A stretch of DNA of 64,000 nucleotides from Sedimentisphaerales bacterium (GTDB lineage Bacteria; Planctomycetota; Phycisphaerae; Sedimentisphaerales; SM23-30). Positions 51,401 to 60,500 of this stretch are shown one piece after another. Position 1 is the first letter of the stretch, and the number at the start of each line of letters is the position of its first letter. The stretch is taken from NCBI GenBank assembly GCA_963663805.2, contig CAXXMR010000012.1, positions 192,001-256,000 on the forward strand, read 5' to 3'. The position numbers and the translations under genes are program-made. The notes under the pieces were generated by a model, which saw only the letters and a program-made list of their open reading frames with translations, was not told where the DNA came from and made no database searches.

Positions 51401-54026
51401 TAATCCAGAAACCGGCGAACTAACCTTCACAATCAGAGACAAAGTCATCGGTCTCGCTAGCATTACTATTACCGCTACAGACTCCGGTGGCACCGATAAC
51501 GGCGGGCAAAACTCTACTAGCATCGAATCGTATATTGAGGTTGACTCCAATCACGATAACGACTCGCCGGTATTAGAAAGCAATTCCACTCTCACCATCT
51601 TCGAAGACCGACAGGCCCTGATAACCAATGACCATCTCAGGGTAACTGACGAAGAAGACGCGCCGTCAATGATAACCTTTACCATAACGTCAACCCCTGC
51701 TTACGGCCAACTGCTCAAAAACAATGTACCACTGTCCCTGAACGACACTTTCACTCAACTTGACATTGACAATCAGGCCATTACCTATCAGAGCAATATA
51801 ACCGAAGCCCTGGTCTATGCCGATAGTTTCAATTTTACCGTCGCGGACAGTTTTTGCGGGCGTATCGGCACACGCACCTTCAATATCAATGTCATTCCGG
51901 TAAATGACGCTGCTCAGATTACCGTACCCGGCACACAAACTTTGCTGGAATCGGGACCACTCAGTATTAGCGGAATAAGCATCCACGACGAGGATGCTGG
52001 CGACAATAAAATTCAGGTAACCGTCTCAGCTAATTGCGGCCATTTAACTTTGCACAATACCACCGGCCTGACATTCGTCACTGGTGACGGAACCGAAGAC
52101 AACACCTGCACATTTACCGGCACCCAAACTCAAATCAATAATGCCCTGACGGAAATCATTTATCATTGCACCGCTTCCTTTGGTGACTCAGACATTATCA
52201 CCGTCAGCGTTAATGACCTTAATAATACTGGTTCGGGCGGCGCAAAAACTTCGACCGCGACAATACTCGTCGATGTATCGATTATCGACCAGAGGCCGGA
52301 AATCACCGACTGGACAGAAACGGCCAAACTTACCCCGAAAGGCGAAAACAGCCAAATCAGCCTGACGATTACAGAAACGAATACCACTGACCTGACACTC
52401 CATCTCTACCTGGACCAGAACCAAAACGGGCTGCTGGAAATCGATATTGACCCCTTGATTGTCACCCAGACCAATCTCACCACCGGCACTATAAATCTGG
52501 ACCTGTCCTCTGAAAATCTCCCTTATGGCGAAAACCACATCATCGCCACCCTGAACAACGCCAACGGCCTGGTAACCCGCCCCACCGGTATAACCGTACC
52601 GGTCACTTATACGCGTATCCTCGACGCGGACAGCCCGGTAAACTTTACCGACTCCCAGGGCGACAGCGTCAAAACGACACTCAAGGGTTCAGGTTCAGCG
52701 ATCGTGCATTTTTATGACACGGACAACTCCGACGCAGTCTCTATCGTGGTCGATGGCACGGACGCGAAATCATCTTTGACTATCAAAAGCTCCGACCGGA
52801 ACAACCCTACCAACGTCGGCGACATAACCATCAACAGCGGCTCAATTAAATCTATTTCCGCGGCGGGTATTAACCTTACCGGCGATCTTACTGTTGAAGG
52901 CTCGCTCAAAAAACTTACGCTTGGTGATGTTTCCGATTCGAGTACCATCACTATCACCGGCGACCCTGAGAGTGACGAAGCCATATCCATCAAACTAAAC
53001 CACGTGGAAGACCTTAATCTTAACTCGCAGCAGGCCATCAAAAAGCTCAAACTTATCGACTGGACCGACACCGACGGAATTGCTGATTCGATTACCGCCC
53101 CGTCGCTCGGCAAGATTTCACTTAAAGGCGAAACGTTTGATGCAAACATTACCATTACCGGAACCGATGCGGAAAATGATTTTGGCGGGCTGAAGTTCAA
53201 AGGTGACATTACCGGCGGCACCTGGACCATTAGCGGTGACTGCGGAAAAATCGCGGCGAACAGTTTCAGTGAAGACTGGACACTGAACACCTCCGGCAGC
53301 GTCAAGTCAATCACATCCAAAGGTGATTTGGCGGGCAATATAAGCGCTCAGTCGATAGACAAAATTATAGTAGCTGACAGTCTGACCGCCCAAATCAACG
53401 TTACGGGTGACGAACAATCTGTCAATATCAATAAGCTCCAGGCGGACCAGATTATAAACAGCGACCTGAGCATTACCGGTCAGGTCAACTCCATCAAGGC
53501 TGACCTGTGGCAAAACAGCGACCTGAGCGCGGGCAGTCTAAACAACATGAGAATCAAAGGAGACTTCAGCGGTAACATAACTCTGAATGATTCTGCGCGG
53601 GAGACGACCTTAGGGAGCCTGAAAGTTGACGGTGCCGTTGAAACATCTCACCTTCATCTGGCCGGCAATGCCGAATCGATTGACCTGGGCGTGTTCATAG
53701 ATTCACAACTACTGCTTGGAGTTAAGGAAGGACTGCCTTCCATCCCCACCGCCGCTGACGAATTTACCACACTGACAAATCTTCAAAACCTCCGGATAGG
53801 CGACGGTGCCGACAACTCAATCATAGAAAACTCATCAATAGCCGCCTGGTCCATTGACAGAATACTGCTGGACATCACCAGTACCGGCCAATATCACAGC
53901 CTGATAACCGCTGATTCGATTGATTCCTATACCCGCCAAATGCCGGATGAAAAAGTCGAACTCAGCGACCTGGACCTGCCCGGCACTTTCGACCTAGATA
54001 GTAACCTACTACTTATAGTGATATAA
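45411..54026 (+). CDS. Giant secreted adhesin (2871 aa): LEPR-XLL motif, DUF4347, C-type lectin-like, He_PIG/Ig, LamG, cadherin-like and tandem Ig-like repeats
   Basis: LENLENRLLLS; ISHG...YSC...ASNDITG..GDWDLE; YLATITSAAEN...WIGASD...EPNN; LPGWLSFN; WHHVAFT...GRIDDFR; many VNDAP/VNDVP units. Confidence 0.88.
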   Translation: MSIRAHHENIKRRRDKQLLLENLENRLLLSSDPVISLPNGLDIILIDATVADVETITASVNSDAQFVMFDNDENPVEVLGRAVQISQQNDISVQSLSIISHGQSGSFQLGNQAISSDNLQELEGVLTELGKNFVSESAIYVYSCSVTKDGQTGQALIDGLAQISGSAVFASNDITGFKGDWDLETSSAGADWGLLSNQALATHNLSSWLGQLGNYTTNEDTAKTIDKGANTRFVNIVQPTHGTVVDNGDGTLTYTPDANWNGADSFSYEEYYYQYVAAAQTWSNAKTLAEAATYSGLNGYLATITSAAENTFITNNIIGGNDAWIGASDQNVEQEWRWVTGPEGAEAAGLGRYFYNEGTGLAIGGEYNNWNGGEPNNSGGAEDWCHIKGNGTWNDDSAVKTLGYVIEYDGPSVTDNITVNAVNDAPDLDNPIPDGAASISVPYSYTVPANTFSDVEGDTLTYSATKSNDTALPGWLSFNTSTREFSGTPTFGSNGTLSIKVTANDGNGGTTSDIFDVVINDYLIGYWTMDSTAVTDETGDHDSDVQTNLTSVSGVIGNSVDFNGTTSQLRIPSSGEINTTVVTQRSFSLWFQADATAGKQVLYREGGTSHGLAIYLDNTTIYAYFWSSSDITADSMSVTLPGGQLTDWHHVAFTFDGTGGSEKLYLDGALADSANQTGNIPSHTGNVVLGYSDNSFDYHDGESGAVNAFNGRIDDFRMFSVPLNATEVNDIFVQNPADMALDSTSADENSNGVVIGNLSVTEYNVNDTHTWSIASDPSGIFEISGTQLKLINGNSFNYETTDSYNLTLRVTDNTGLYYDEAVTVTVNDINDAPTAANSSVTTNEDSNYTFTAANFSFSDQDAGDSMTLVKIMTLPGAGTLTHTVNGAVNANDEISLADINAGKLIFTPVANANGTPYTTFTYKVKDSNATYSTASYTMTVNVDTVNDVPSFTKGANQSVNEDCGVQTVAGWATALSKGPANESAQTLSFNVSNNNNSLFSTQPAISSAGQLTYTPAANANGSTTVTVSISDNGGTLRGGVNTSATQTFTITVNAVNDVPSFTKGANQAVNEDATAQTVAGWATALSKGPTDEAGQTLSFNVSNDNNSLFSTQPAISSAGQLTYTPAANANGAATVTVSISDNGGTALGGVNTSANQTFTITVNAVNDVPSFTKGANQTVNEDCGVQTVAGWATALSKGPTNEAAQSLSFNVSNDNNALFSAQPAISSAGQLTYTPAADANGTTTVTVSISDNGGTALGGVDTSANQTFTITVNAVNDVPSFTKGADQTVNEDCGVWTVAGWATALSKGPTNEAAQSLSFNVSNDNNALFSAQPAISSAGQLTYTPAADANGTTTVTVSISDNGGTALGGVDTSANQTFTITVNAVNDVPSFTKGADQTVLEDAAAQTVAGWATALDKGPTDEAGQSLSFIVTNDNNALFSVQPAINPTGQLTYTLAPDANGTTTVSVQIADDGGTALGGVDTSAAQTFAINVTPVNDIPYYTLGPDITVNEDSGSLTFTNWASINAGAFNEGSQVLTIALQSERSYLFSQQPALAANGTLTFTVAPDVVGTTYVTVNVGDDAGTENDGVNFSLTYPFNITIVPTDDEPLSSDITISGTEDTTYTFSNQDFPFSDADGDTFDGIMLTSLPQSGTLYYEGSPITTYPTDYRDVSKLTYIPDTDEYGQGYASFTYYIKDSSDDYSTGRYTATFDIAAEQDPPTSQDYTFTMLEDSIHSFADYEFYYSDPDNDAFEKIRITQLPVAGKIYYQNQAISLNKDISITNIAELTYVPEPDANGDNYASFKYYVHDGTNFSTTSNTVTINVTPTNDKPAAQDSTVTLREDTPHSFSSDDFSFSDIDGDPLVLLQITQLPSQGTLQYQGQDVTANQYIPGVYMDRLVFTPDTDANGDSYADFVFRVSDGIVFADDEYTLNLNVTAVNDAPEFSISGPATSIEDSGLVTISNWLTSFSPGPADEADQQISFTISTDLAELFASPPQVNPETGELTFTIRDKVIGLASITITATDSGGTDNGGQNSTSIESYIEVDSNHDNDSPVLESNSTLTIFEDRQALITNDHLRVTDEEDAPSMITFTITSTPAYGQLLKNNVPLSLNDTFTQLDIDNQAITYQSNITEALVYADSFNFTVADSFCGRIGTRTFNINVIPVNDAAQITVPGTQTLLESGPLSISGISIHDEDAGDNKIQVTVSANCGHLTLHNTTGLTFVTGDGTEDNTCTFTGTQTQINNALTEIIYHCTASFGDSDIITVSVNDLNNTGSGGAKTSTATILVDVSIIDQRPEITDWTETAKLTPKGENSQISLTITETNTTDLTLHLYLDQNQNGLLEIDIDPLIVTQTNLTTGTINLDLSSENLPYGENHIIATLNNANGLVTRPTGITVPVTYTRILDADSPVNFTDSQGDSVKTTLKGSGSAIVHFYDTDNSDAVSIVVDGTDAKSSLTIKSSDRNNPTNVGDITINSGSIKSISAAGINLTGDLTVEGSLKKLTLGDVSDSSTITITGDPESDEAISIKLNHVEDLNLNSQQAIKKLKLIDWTDTDGIADSITAPSLGKISLKGETFDANITITGTDAENDFGGLKFKGDITGGTWTISGDCGKIAANSFSEDWTLNTSGSVKSITSKGDLAGNISAQSIDKIIVADSLTAQINVTGDEQSVNINKLQADQIINSDLSITGQVNSIKADLWQNSDLSAGSLNNMRIKGDFSGNITLNDSARETTLGSLKVDGAVETSHLHLAGNAESIDLGVFIDSQLLLGVKEGLPSIPTAADEFTTLTNLQNLRIGDGADNSIIENSSIAAWSIDRILLDITSTGQYHSLITADSIDSYTRQMPDEKVELSDLDLPGTFDLDSNLLLIVI
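48241..49890 (+). repeat. Five intragenic 330-bp (110-aa) tandem repeats, plus a diverged sixth to ~50220
   Basis: Units start at 48241, 48571, 48901, 49231, 49561 and 49891 (VNDVPSFTKGA...TFTITVNA); units 3 and 4 are nearly identical in DNA. Confidence 0.92.
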
Positions 54027-54217
54027 CAAATTGAAAACCTTTTAAAAATGCACGTTCTTTAATGTCCCATAAGACAAACGATTACATATTTTTTTCTTCC
54101 TGAAGGGCCTTAAACTGACATTTTCAAATTTCAGATATAACCACTTTCTGTATTAGTCGATAAATGAATGTGAGGGGATTTTGCGGAAAAAAAGCCGCCA
54201 GCAGAGAAGTACCAATA

Positions 54218-55213
54218 ATGAACCAAGCCAAAATATTAATAGTAGACGACAGCAGAGCTAATGCCCAGCTGGTGCATGATATTCTCGTCGATCACTATAC
54301 GCTGAAATGCGTACATTCTGGCGAAGAAGCCCTGCTGGAAGCACCGGCATTTCTACCGGACCTAATATTATTGGACGTTATCATGCCGGGTATCGATGGT
54401 TATGAAACCTGCCGTCAGCTTCGCAAGCAGCAGGCGGTTAAGTATTCTAAAATCATTATGGTTTCGTCTCAAAAAAATATCGCCGAGCGGCTGGAAGGTT
54501 ATCAGGCCGGTGCCGACGACTACCTGCCCAAACCTTTTGACAATGAGGAACTGCTGGCAAAAACCCGTGTCTACCTGCGGCTAAAATCGACAGAAGAAGT
54601 AAACGAAAAAATCAATCAGTCCTTTCTTCAGACCATCTCCTCGCTGGCATTGGCGATGGAAGCCAAGGACGCCTACACCTCCGGCCATTCAACCCGAGTC
54701 GCCCAGATGGCCGCGAATCTGGGTCATAAACTTGGACTGGACCAGATTCAGATACAAAGGCTGGAATGGGCCGGCTATCTGCACGACATCGGCAAAATAG
54801 GTATTCGCGACGATATACTCAACAAGCCGGGCAAGCTCACTGAAGAGGAATTTGAGCACATCAAAACTCATCCGGTATTAAGCTATCGCGTTCTTCAACC
54901 TGTCCAGGCTTTGAAATGTGTATTGCCGGCAGTCAAGCACCATCACGAACATTATGATGGGTCCGGCTATCCCGACGGACTGACCGCGGAGGAAATTCCG
55001 TTACATGCCCGCATCCTCAAGGTCGCTGACGTTTGGGATGCCTTGACAACCACGCGGTCATATCGTCAGGCGATGTCCAAAGAACAAGCTATTCAGATTC
55101 TCAAACAGGAAGTTGGCAAGACCATGGACCCGTTCATAACGCTGAAACTTCTGGAAATCATTAAAAGCGAATCAGAAATTAGTCAGGCAAGCTCCGCTCT
55201 GCCTCTGGAATAA
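54218..55213 (+). CDS. Response regulator with HD-GYP c-di-GMP phosphodiesterase domain
   Basis: ILIVDD, LLDVIMP, DDYLPKP; HSTRV, HDIGK, HHEHYDGSGYP. Confidence 0.92.
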   Translation: MNQAKILIVDDSRANAQLVHDILVDHYTLKCVHSGEEALLEAPAFLPDLILLDVIMPGIDGYETCRQLRKQQAVKYSKIIMVSSQKNIAERLEGYQAGADDYLPKPFDNEELLAKTRVYLRLKSTEEVNEKINQSFLQTISSLALAMEAKDAYTSGHSTRVAQMAANLGHKLGLDQIQIQRLEWAGYLHDIGKIGIRDDILNKPGKLTEEEFEHIKTHPVLSYRVLQPVQALKCVLPAVKHHHEHYDGSGYPDGLTAEEIPLHARILKVADVWDALTTTRSYRQAMSKEQAIQILKQEVGKTMDPFITLKLLEIIKSESEISQASSALPLE

Positions 55214-55288
55214 TCCCGAAGAACCATAAATAAAAAACCCCACGAATAAAATCGCAGGGTCGTTTTTTTGCGGGATATTATTTTCAGC

Positions 55289-57484
55289 TTAACTCTCGTG
55301 GCCGACATAATCATAATAATTTTCGTAAGTTTCACGGAAATATCCACCCTTACGCGGCTTGACGGCATTAAGCACCGCACCCAGAACACGAACCTCTCCA
55401 CCCCCCTTCAGCTCACGCAATAGACGCTGAACGATTCCCCGACCGGTCTTCTTGCCGGCATTCACGACAACCATAGTACCATCGGAAAGACCCGCCAACA
55501 CCTGGGCATCAGTAACCACCAACGCCGGCGAACCATCAATAATAACATGATCGTAAGACTTGCGTGCATTAGCCACAAAATCCTTCATGCGTTCACCGCT
55601 AAGCAATTCTGATGGATTGGGCGGAGTCGGACCACTTTTAAGAACATCAAGATTTTGGGACACAGCTTTTTGAATCATATCATTCAACTCACCCTGCCCA
55701 ATAAGATAATTACTCAGCCCCTTGTTTTCAGAACTGTCAGGAAACAGCTTTTCAATCGCGGGGCGGCGGAAATTGGCATCAACCAGCAGAACCTTACGCG
55801 ACTCGGCGGCCAACACTATCGCCAGATTTGTCGCTATCGTGGTCTTGCCGCAGCCGCCGGCGGGACTGGTAACCAGAATAACCTTCAAGTCCTCCTTGGG
55901 CGCACTAAACATCAGATTGGTACGCAGACGACGGAAAAATTCGCTGAAAATTTCCTGGGGATGAATAAGAGTGAGCTTGGCAACTTCAATTTCATCAAGA
56001 TCATCCTCGTCATATTCGGGAATCATGCCCAGCAGAGGGACTTGCAAATGGCGGGAAATGTCGCTGGGAGTCTTGACGGAATCATCCATGAAATCCAACA
56101 GAAACGCCAGGCCCGCCGAAAGCAGCAATCCCAGAAAAAATCCGCCCGGAACAAAAGCTACAAATTTCGGAAAGGACTTGGTAAGCGGCACATTGCCGTT
56201 ACGAGCGATTTCGGCCGGGATACGACTATCGTCGCCCAGCTCGACTCGAATCTCATATATTCTCTGATTAACCAGGTCAAGACTTTTTCTCTTAACTTCT
56301 ATATCAGACTCGGTCGCCCGATACTGGAGCATTAAATCATCCAAATCCTGCTGACGCCGCGAGGCTTCCTCAAAATCGGAAACGACCTGGTCATACTGCT
56401 CAGCAAGCGATAATCGCTGTTTTTCCAAAGTGCTAAGCTCAGAAGCTGAATATGTCCCACCCAGTTGAAGTTCACGACTACGAATCTGCTCCTGCAAACT
56501 CTGCAAGCGAGTCTTAACCTCTACTACTTGACGATGGTCCTCGCCCAGACGCTCAAGCAGAATATTATAATCTTCTTCCAGCAGAGCTTCACGATTTTTC
56601 CAGTTCCGCAAAGTCGCGTCCTGGTCCAGGGCCATCGCCACCCGAGTACTCTGGCCCCGCCGCTGTTCTTCCTGAAGTTTTTGCAGCTCAAAGTTTAATT
56701 CACTAATCAAGGCTTCCAGACGCAAACGCTCCTGATGCAGCGTACTAAGCTCCTCGGTAATAACCGTTCGGCCTCGCTCCCAACCGGGTACCTTGGCCTG
56801 AAGATTCAATGATTCCAACTGAGTCCGAAGCTCTTTAACATCATTTTCAAGTGTTTTCCGCTGAACATCCAGCGCGGTCAAATTAGCATTCAAAGAGCGG
56901 TCCGCCTCAGAACGCATACGGTTCTGAAACTCGATTAGCGATTCATCAACAAACAGCTTCGCCTCAGCAGAACTGCTGGCTGACATGCTAACCGCAATAT
57001 ATTTTGTACCACGCTGCGGACTGGCCGAAAAACCTGACTTCATATCATCCATCATTTTTTCCGGGTTATCTTCACGCTCTTTATACCAGTTCGAAGCGCG
57101 AATATTTGACCGCTCCAGAATATCAGCCAGAAAATCTTCACTGCGTAAATCAAGGGCGCGAGTCTGGGTTTCCTGTTCGATAATATCCGGGCGATCCATA
57201 ACCCTGAAACCAGTCAGAACACTTTGGGCCTGAACCTTACAGGTCACATATCCCACGGAAGTATATTCCGGCGAAAATTTCCAGAAATAGGCCCATAACC
57301 CGACCCCAATCATCGTGCCCAGAACCGTGGAAAGAATAATCATCCATAAGCGTCGGCGAATTATGCCAAGAACATCCCTGATTGTCATCGCCGAAGCCGC
57401 CGCATCCGGTCGGGGACCGCCGGGCATAGCGCCGCGAACCATTGGACGAGGCATCCCCGGAGCAACTGTCATTTGTCTGGTCAT
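55289..57484 (-). CDS. Wzc-type polysaccharide co-polymerase / BY tyrosine kinase
   Basis: Two TM segments flanking a coiled coil; TSPAGGCGKT, VDANFRRP, IIDGSP; Tyr-rich tail YFRETYENYYDY. Confidence 0.9.
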   Translation of the reverse strand: MTRQMTVAPGMPRPMVRGAMPGGPRPDAAASAMTIRDVLGIIRRRLWMIILSTVLGTMIGVGLWAYFWKFSPEYTSVGYVTCKVQAQSVLTGFRVMDRPDIIEQETQTRALDLRSEDFLADILERSNIRASNWYKEREDNPEKMMDDMKSGFSASPQRGTKYIAVSMSASSSAEAKLFVDESLIEFQNRMRSEADRSLNANLTALDVQRKTLENDVKELRTQLESLNLQAKVPGWERGRTVITEELSTLHQERLRLEALISELNFELQKLQEEQRRGQSTRVAMALDQDATLRNWKNREALLEEDYNILLERLGEDHRQVVEVKTRLQSLQEQIRSRELQLGGTYSASELSTLEKQRLSLAEQYDQVVSDFEEASRRQQDLDDLMLQYRATESDIEVKRKSLDLVNQRIYEIRVELGDDSRIPAEIARNGNVPLTKSFPKFVAFVPGGFFLGLLLSAGLAFLLDFMDDSVKTPSDISRHLQVPLLGMIPEYDEDDLDEIEVAKLTLIHPQEIFSEFFRRLRTNLMFSAPKEDLKVILVTSPAGGCGKTTIATNLAIVLAAESRKVLLVDANFRRPAIEKLFPDSSENKGLSNYLIGQGELNDMIQKAVSQNLDVLKSGPTPPNPSELLSGERMKDFVANARKSYDHVIIDGSPALVVTDAQVLAGLSDGTMVVVNAGKKTGRGIVQRLLRELKGGGEVRVLGAVLNAVKPRKGGYFRETYENYYDYVGHES

Positions 57485-57533
57485 ATCATTTTTCCTGGTA
57501 TCTAAAATAGTTAATAAATCTATTCTGGTTATA

Positions 57534-60500
57534 TCAGTCAAGCTCTGCCAAAGACGCCTCCACGTCCTTACGCAATACCGCGTCCGACTGAGACTGTGAA
57601 TCTTTCAATCTGTTTAGAACACCTTCCATAAGCTCCCGAGCCCGGGCTTTATTTCCCTGACCGGCCAATGCTTCAGCCAGACGATATTCAAATTCCGGCA
57701 AAACAACCATGTTCCGACGCTCGGCTTCACGAATCACTTCCTGGGCGATGCGTTCCGCCTGAACAAATTTGCCCTGCTTCAACAATGCCAGAGCATAAGT
57801 ATCCATAACATTAATATCCTGAGGCACCAATTTATAAGCCTTCTGAGCAAAATCTACCGCCTCGTCAACATTAGCTTCACCCTGAAGCAGGCGATAAGCC
57901 AGATTGTTCAAAACCGCAGGATCTTCAGGACGAATCTTCTGCCACTGGCGATACACTTCCAAAGAATCATCCGGCCGGCCTATCCGCTCGTAAAGGTTTG
58001 ACAACTGCGAGTAAACTCTGATTAAGTCATCGTCTTTCTCTTTATTTTCAGCCAGAGATTTACCTGTCAGCATAAGATTCAAGGCTTCGTCACTATTACC
58101 CTGAACCTGCTCCAGATAGGCAGCCAACAGATAAAGCGAAACCCAATCTGAACGCTCGGCAAGTTTTTTGCGAGTCCAAACCAGAATATCAGGCACCTCG
58201 CCCACCCGACTAACCTCACGAAGAACCACTTCGCTAAGATTCGCGTCATCAGCGGCAAGAGTCAATGCTGATTCAAATTCCTGCAAAGCAGCAGTCTTTT
58301 CGCCTTTGCGGAAATACGCCTCAGCTTTATGCAGAAGCAACGGAACATCTTCCCGCGTTCCCTGCAGATTCTCATCTATCATTTTCACCAGTTCGTCATA
58401 TTGACGCAACTGCAACATTACTTCGCCCAAACTGGCCAGACTCCGCGTCTGTAACTGCCCTTGTTCCTGACTGAGTTTCCAGGCCCGCTGCAACTGGGAC
58501 AAAGCCTGCTCATAATATTGAGCCGCCCGACGGGTATCCTCGTTCGCAGCATATTCGCGAGCACGAGCGACCGCAGTCTCACCGGCCCCCAAATACAGAT
58601 CAATCGAATCAGGATGCTTCTCCAGACTATCATCATAAAGATTGGCAAGCTCCGCCCAACGCCGCTGGTCCCTTAGAAAACCCATCAACTGCTGACGGGC
58701 TGCGTCATAATTCGGGTCACCTACCAGCGCAGAACGAAGTTCAGCGATAGCATCATCATAGCGGCGTAAACGCCACAGTACCCGCGAACGCTGCAAAACG
58801 CCCTACCGTACTGTCAGGCCCAGCCTTTTCGCGTAGGGAATCCAGACAAGCCAGAGCATCATCCAGTTTCCCTTCAAAATACAAAGCCTCAGCCTTCAGT
58901 TGATAAGCCTGCTCCGCACCAGGGCCGGAACCATCAACCAAAAGCTCATCGGCATAGCCGCGGGCCTCGGCATAGTTGCCATCCTGCAAGGCTATCTGGG
59001 CCGAAAGAAGTTTTGCCTGGGGCATATCAGCGTATTTCTCACGCAAGGTCGTCAGCAGCTCACGGGCCCGGTCCATCTGGCCAATCTGACGCAAAATATC
59101 TATTTCGAAGGCCAGAACCCGACCGCTTTCCTCTACAGCGCGAATCTCCTCAGCCAAAGCAACCGCTTCTTCAGCTTTGCCGCGACGCAGCATGAGTTCA
59201 GCCAGGGCCATTTTTAATTGAGTCGAGTCAGGCATACTTTCCAGAGTTATGCGTAAAACCTTCTCAGCACTATCCAAATTACCTTCTTCCAGATGAAATG
59301 CCGCTAGTTTAACTGCGGCGGTAACACGATTTTCACCTTCGGATTTATCCAAAGTTGCTTCCAGTGCTTCACGAGCCAGACCCACCTCACCACGGTCACG
59401 AAGGTAGATAGCATATGAAGTCGCCAAATCTGACGAGTCCGGATATAGGGCAATAGCCTGCTTGAAAACTTTGTCAATCTCGGCATAAACCTTGTCTTCG
59501 GCGGAACGAGTATCCTGAATCTCAGCGTAACGACGCATAGCCTCAACCATATACAGCCAGTTGCGGGCATTTTCCGGTTCGTTCGCGATAAATACCTTAC
59601 AGGTGTTCAATACCGACTGATAGGCCATGGCAATCTGTTTTTCAATCGCCTCACGCTGAGCGTCACTGAAACGCTGAGCCTTCAACAAACGAGACAGGGC
59701 CTTCATATAATAAGGATAATATACGCGACGCAAATGCAGAGCGCCTATATGTCCCGGATTTATCACCCCAATGGCATCGAGAGGACGCAATATCCGTTGC
59801 AAATCTTCGAGGCTTAGAGCTTCCAGGTTTTCACCATAACGCCGTACATTGTCCTGATGAATCAGCGAAACCAGCAGGAAATTAGAATCAACATTGAAAC
59901 GGTCCAGCCGGGCCGCGCTTTCCGCCGAGCTGATGGCTTTGGCACGCTCGTCCATTTGCTCATAAACCCGCGCCAACGAAGCGTGAGCCCGCGCGTCTAT
60001 AGGACGACGGTCAAGATAGCGTTCGAAACCAGCAGCGGCATCCGTCCATTTCTCCTGAGCAGCGGCCAGATAACTTTCCAGACGCATACCTTCAACTTCA
60101 TCCAGACCGCGAACCTTCGCCATCACATCACGGGCCCGGTCCCATTTCTCCTGTATAATCATAACATTGAATTTGCCGTTCAAAGCATCTATATCGTTTT
60201 TGCGTTCGGCAAGAGCGGCATCATAATACTTCAGACCCTCCTCCAGGTCAGCCTTCATCCCCTCCGCGTCACTGTCGCGCTTACCCTGGGCACGATTATG
60301 TAAATATTTAGCCAGACCCATAGACCTTTGATAGACATCGGGAATCTGCTGCCAGGCGGCAATCTGAATTTCACCGGCACGCTCCGGACTAATGGAATTC
60401 GGGTCCGGCTCATTCAAAACCAGCAGCATCTGGCGATAAGACACATTCTCCGGCACAGCTTCAACCGCCGCACCGACAACTTCACGGGCCTTGTCATAAT

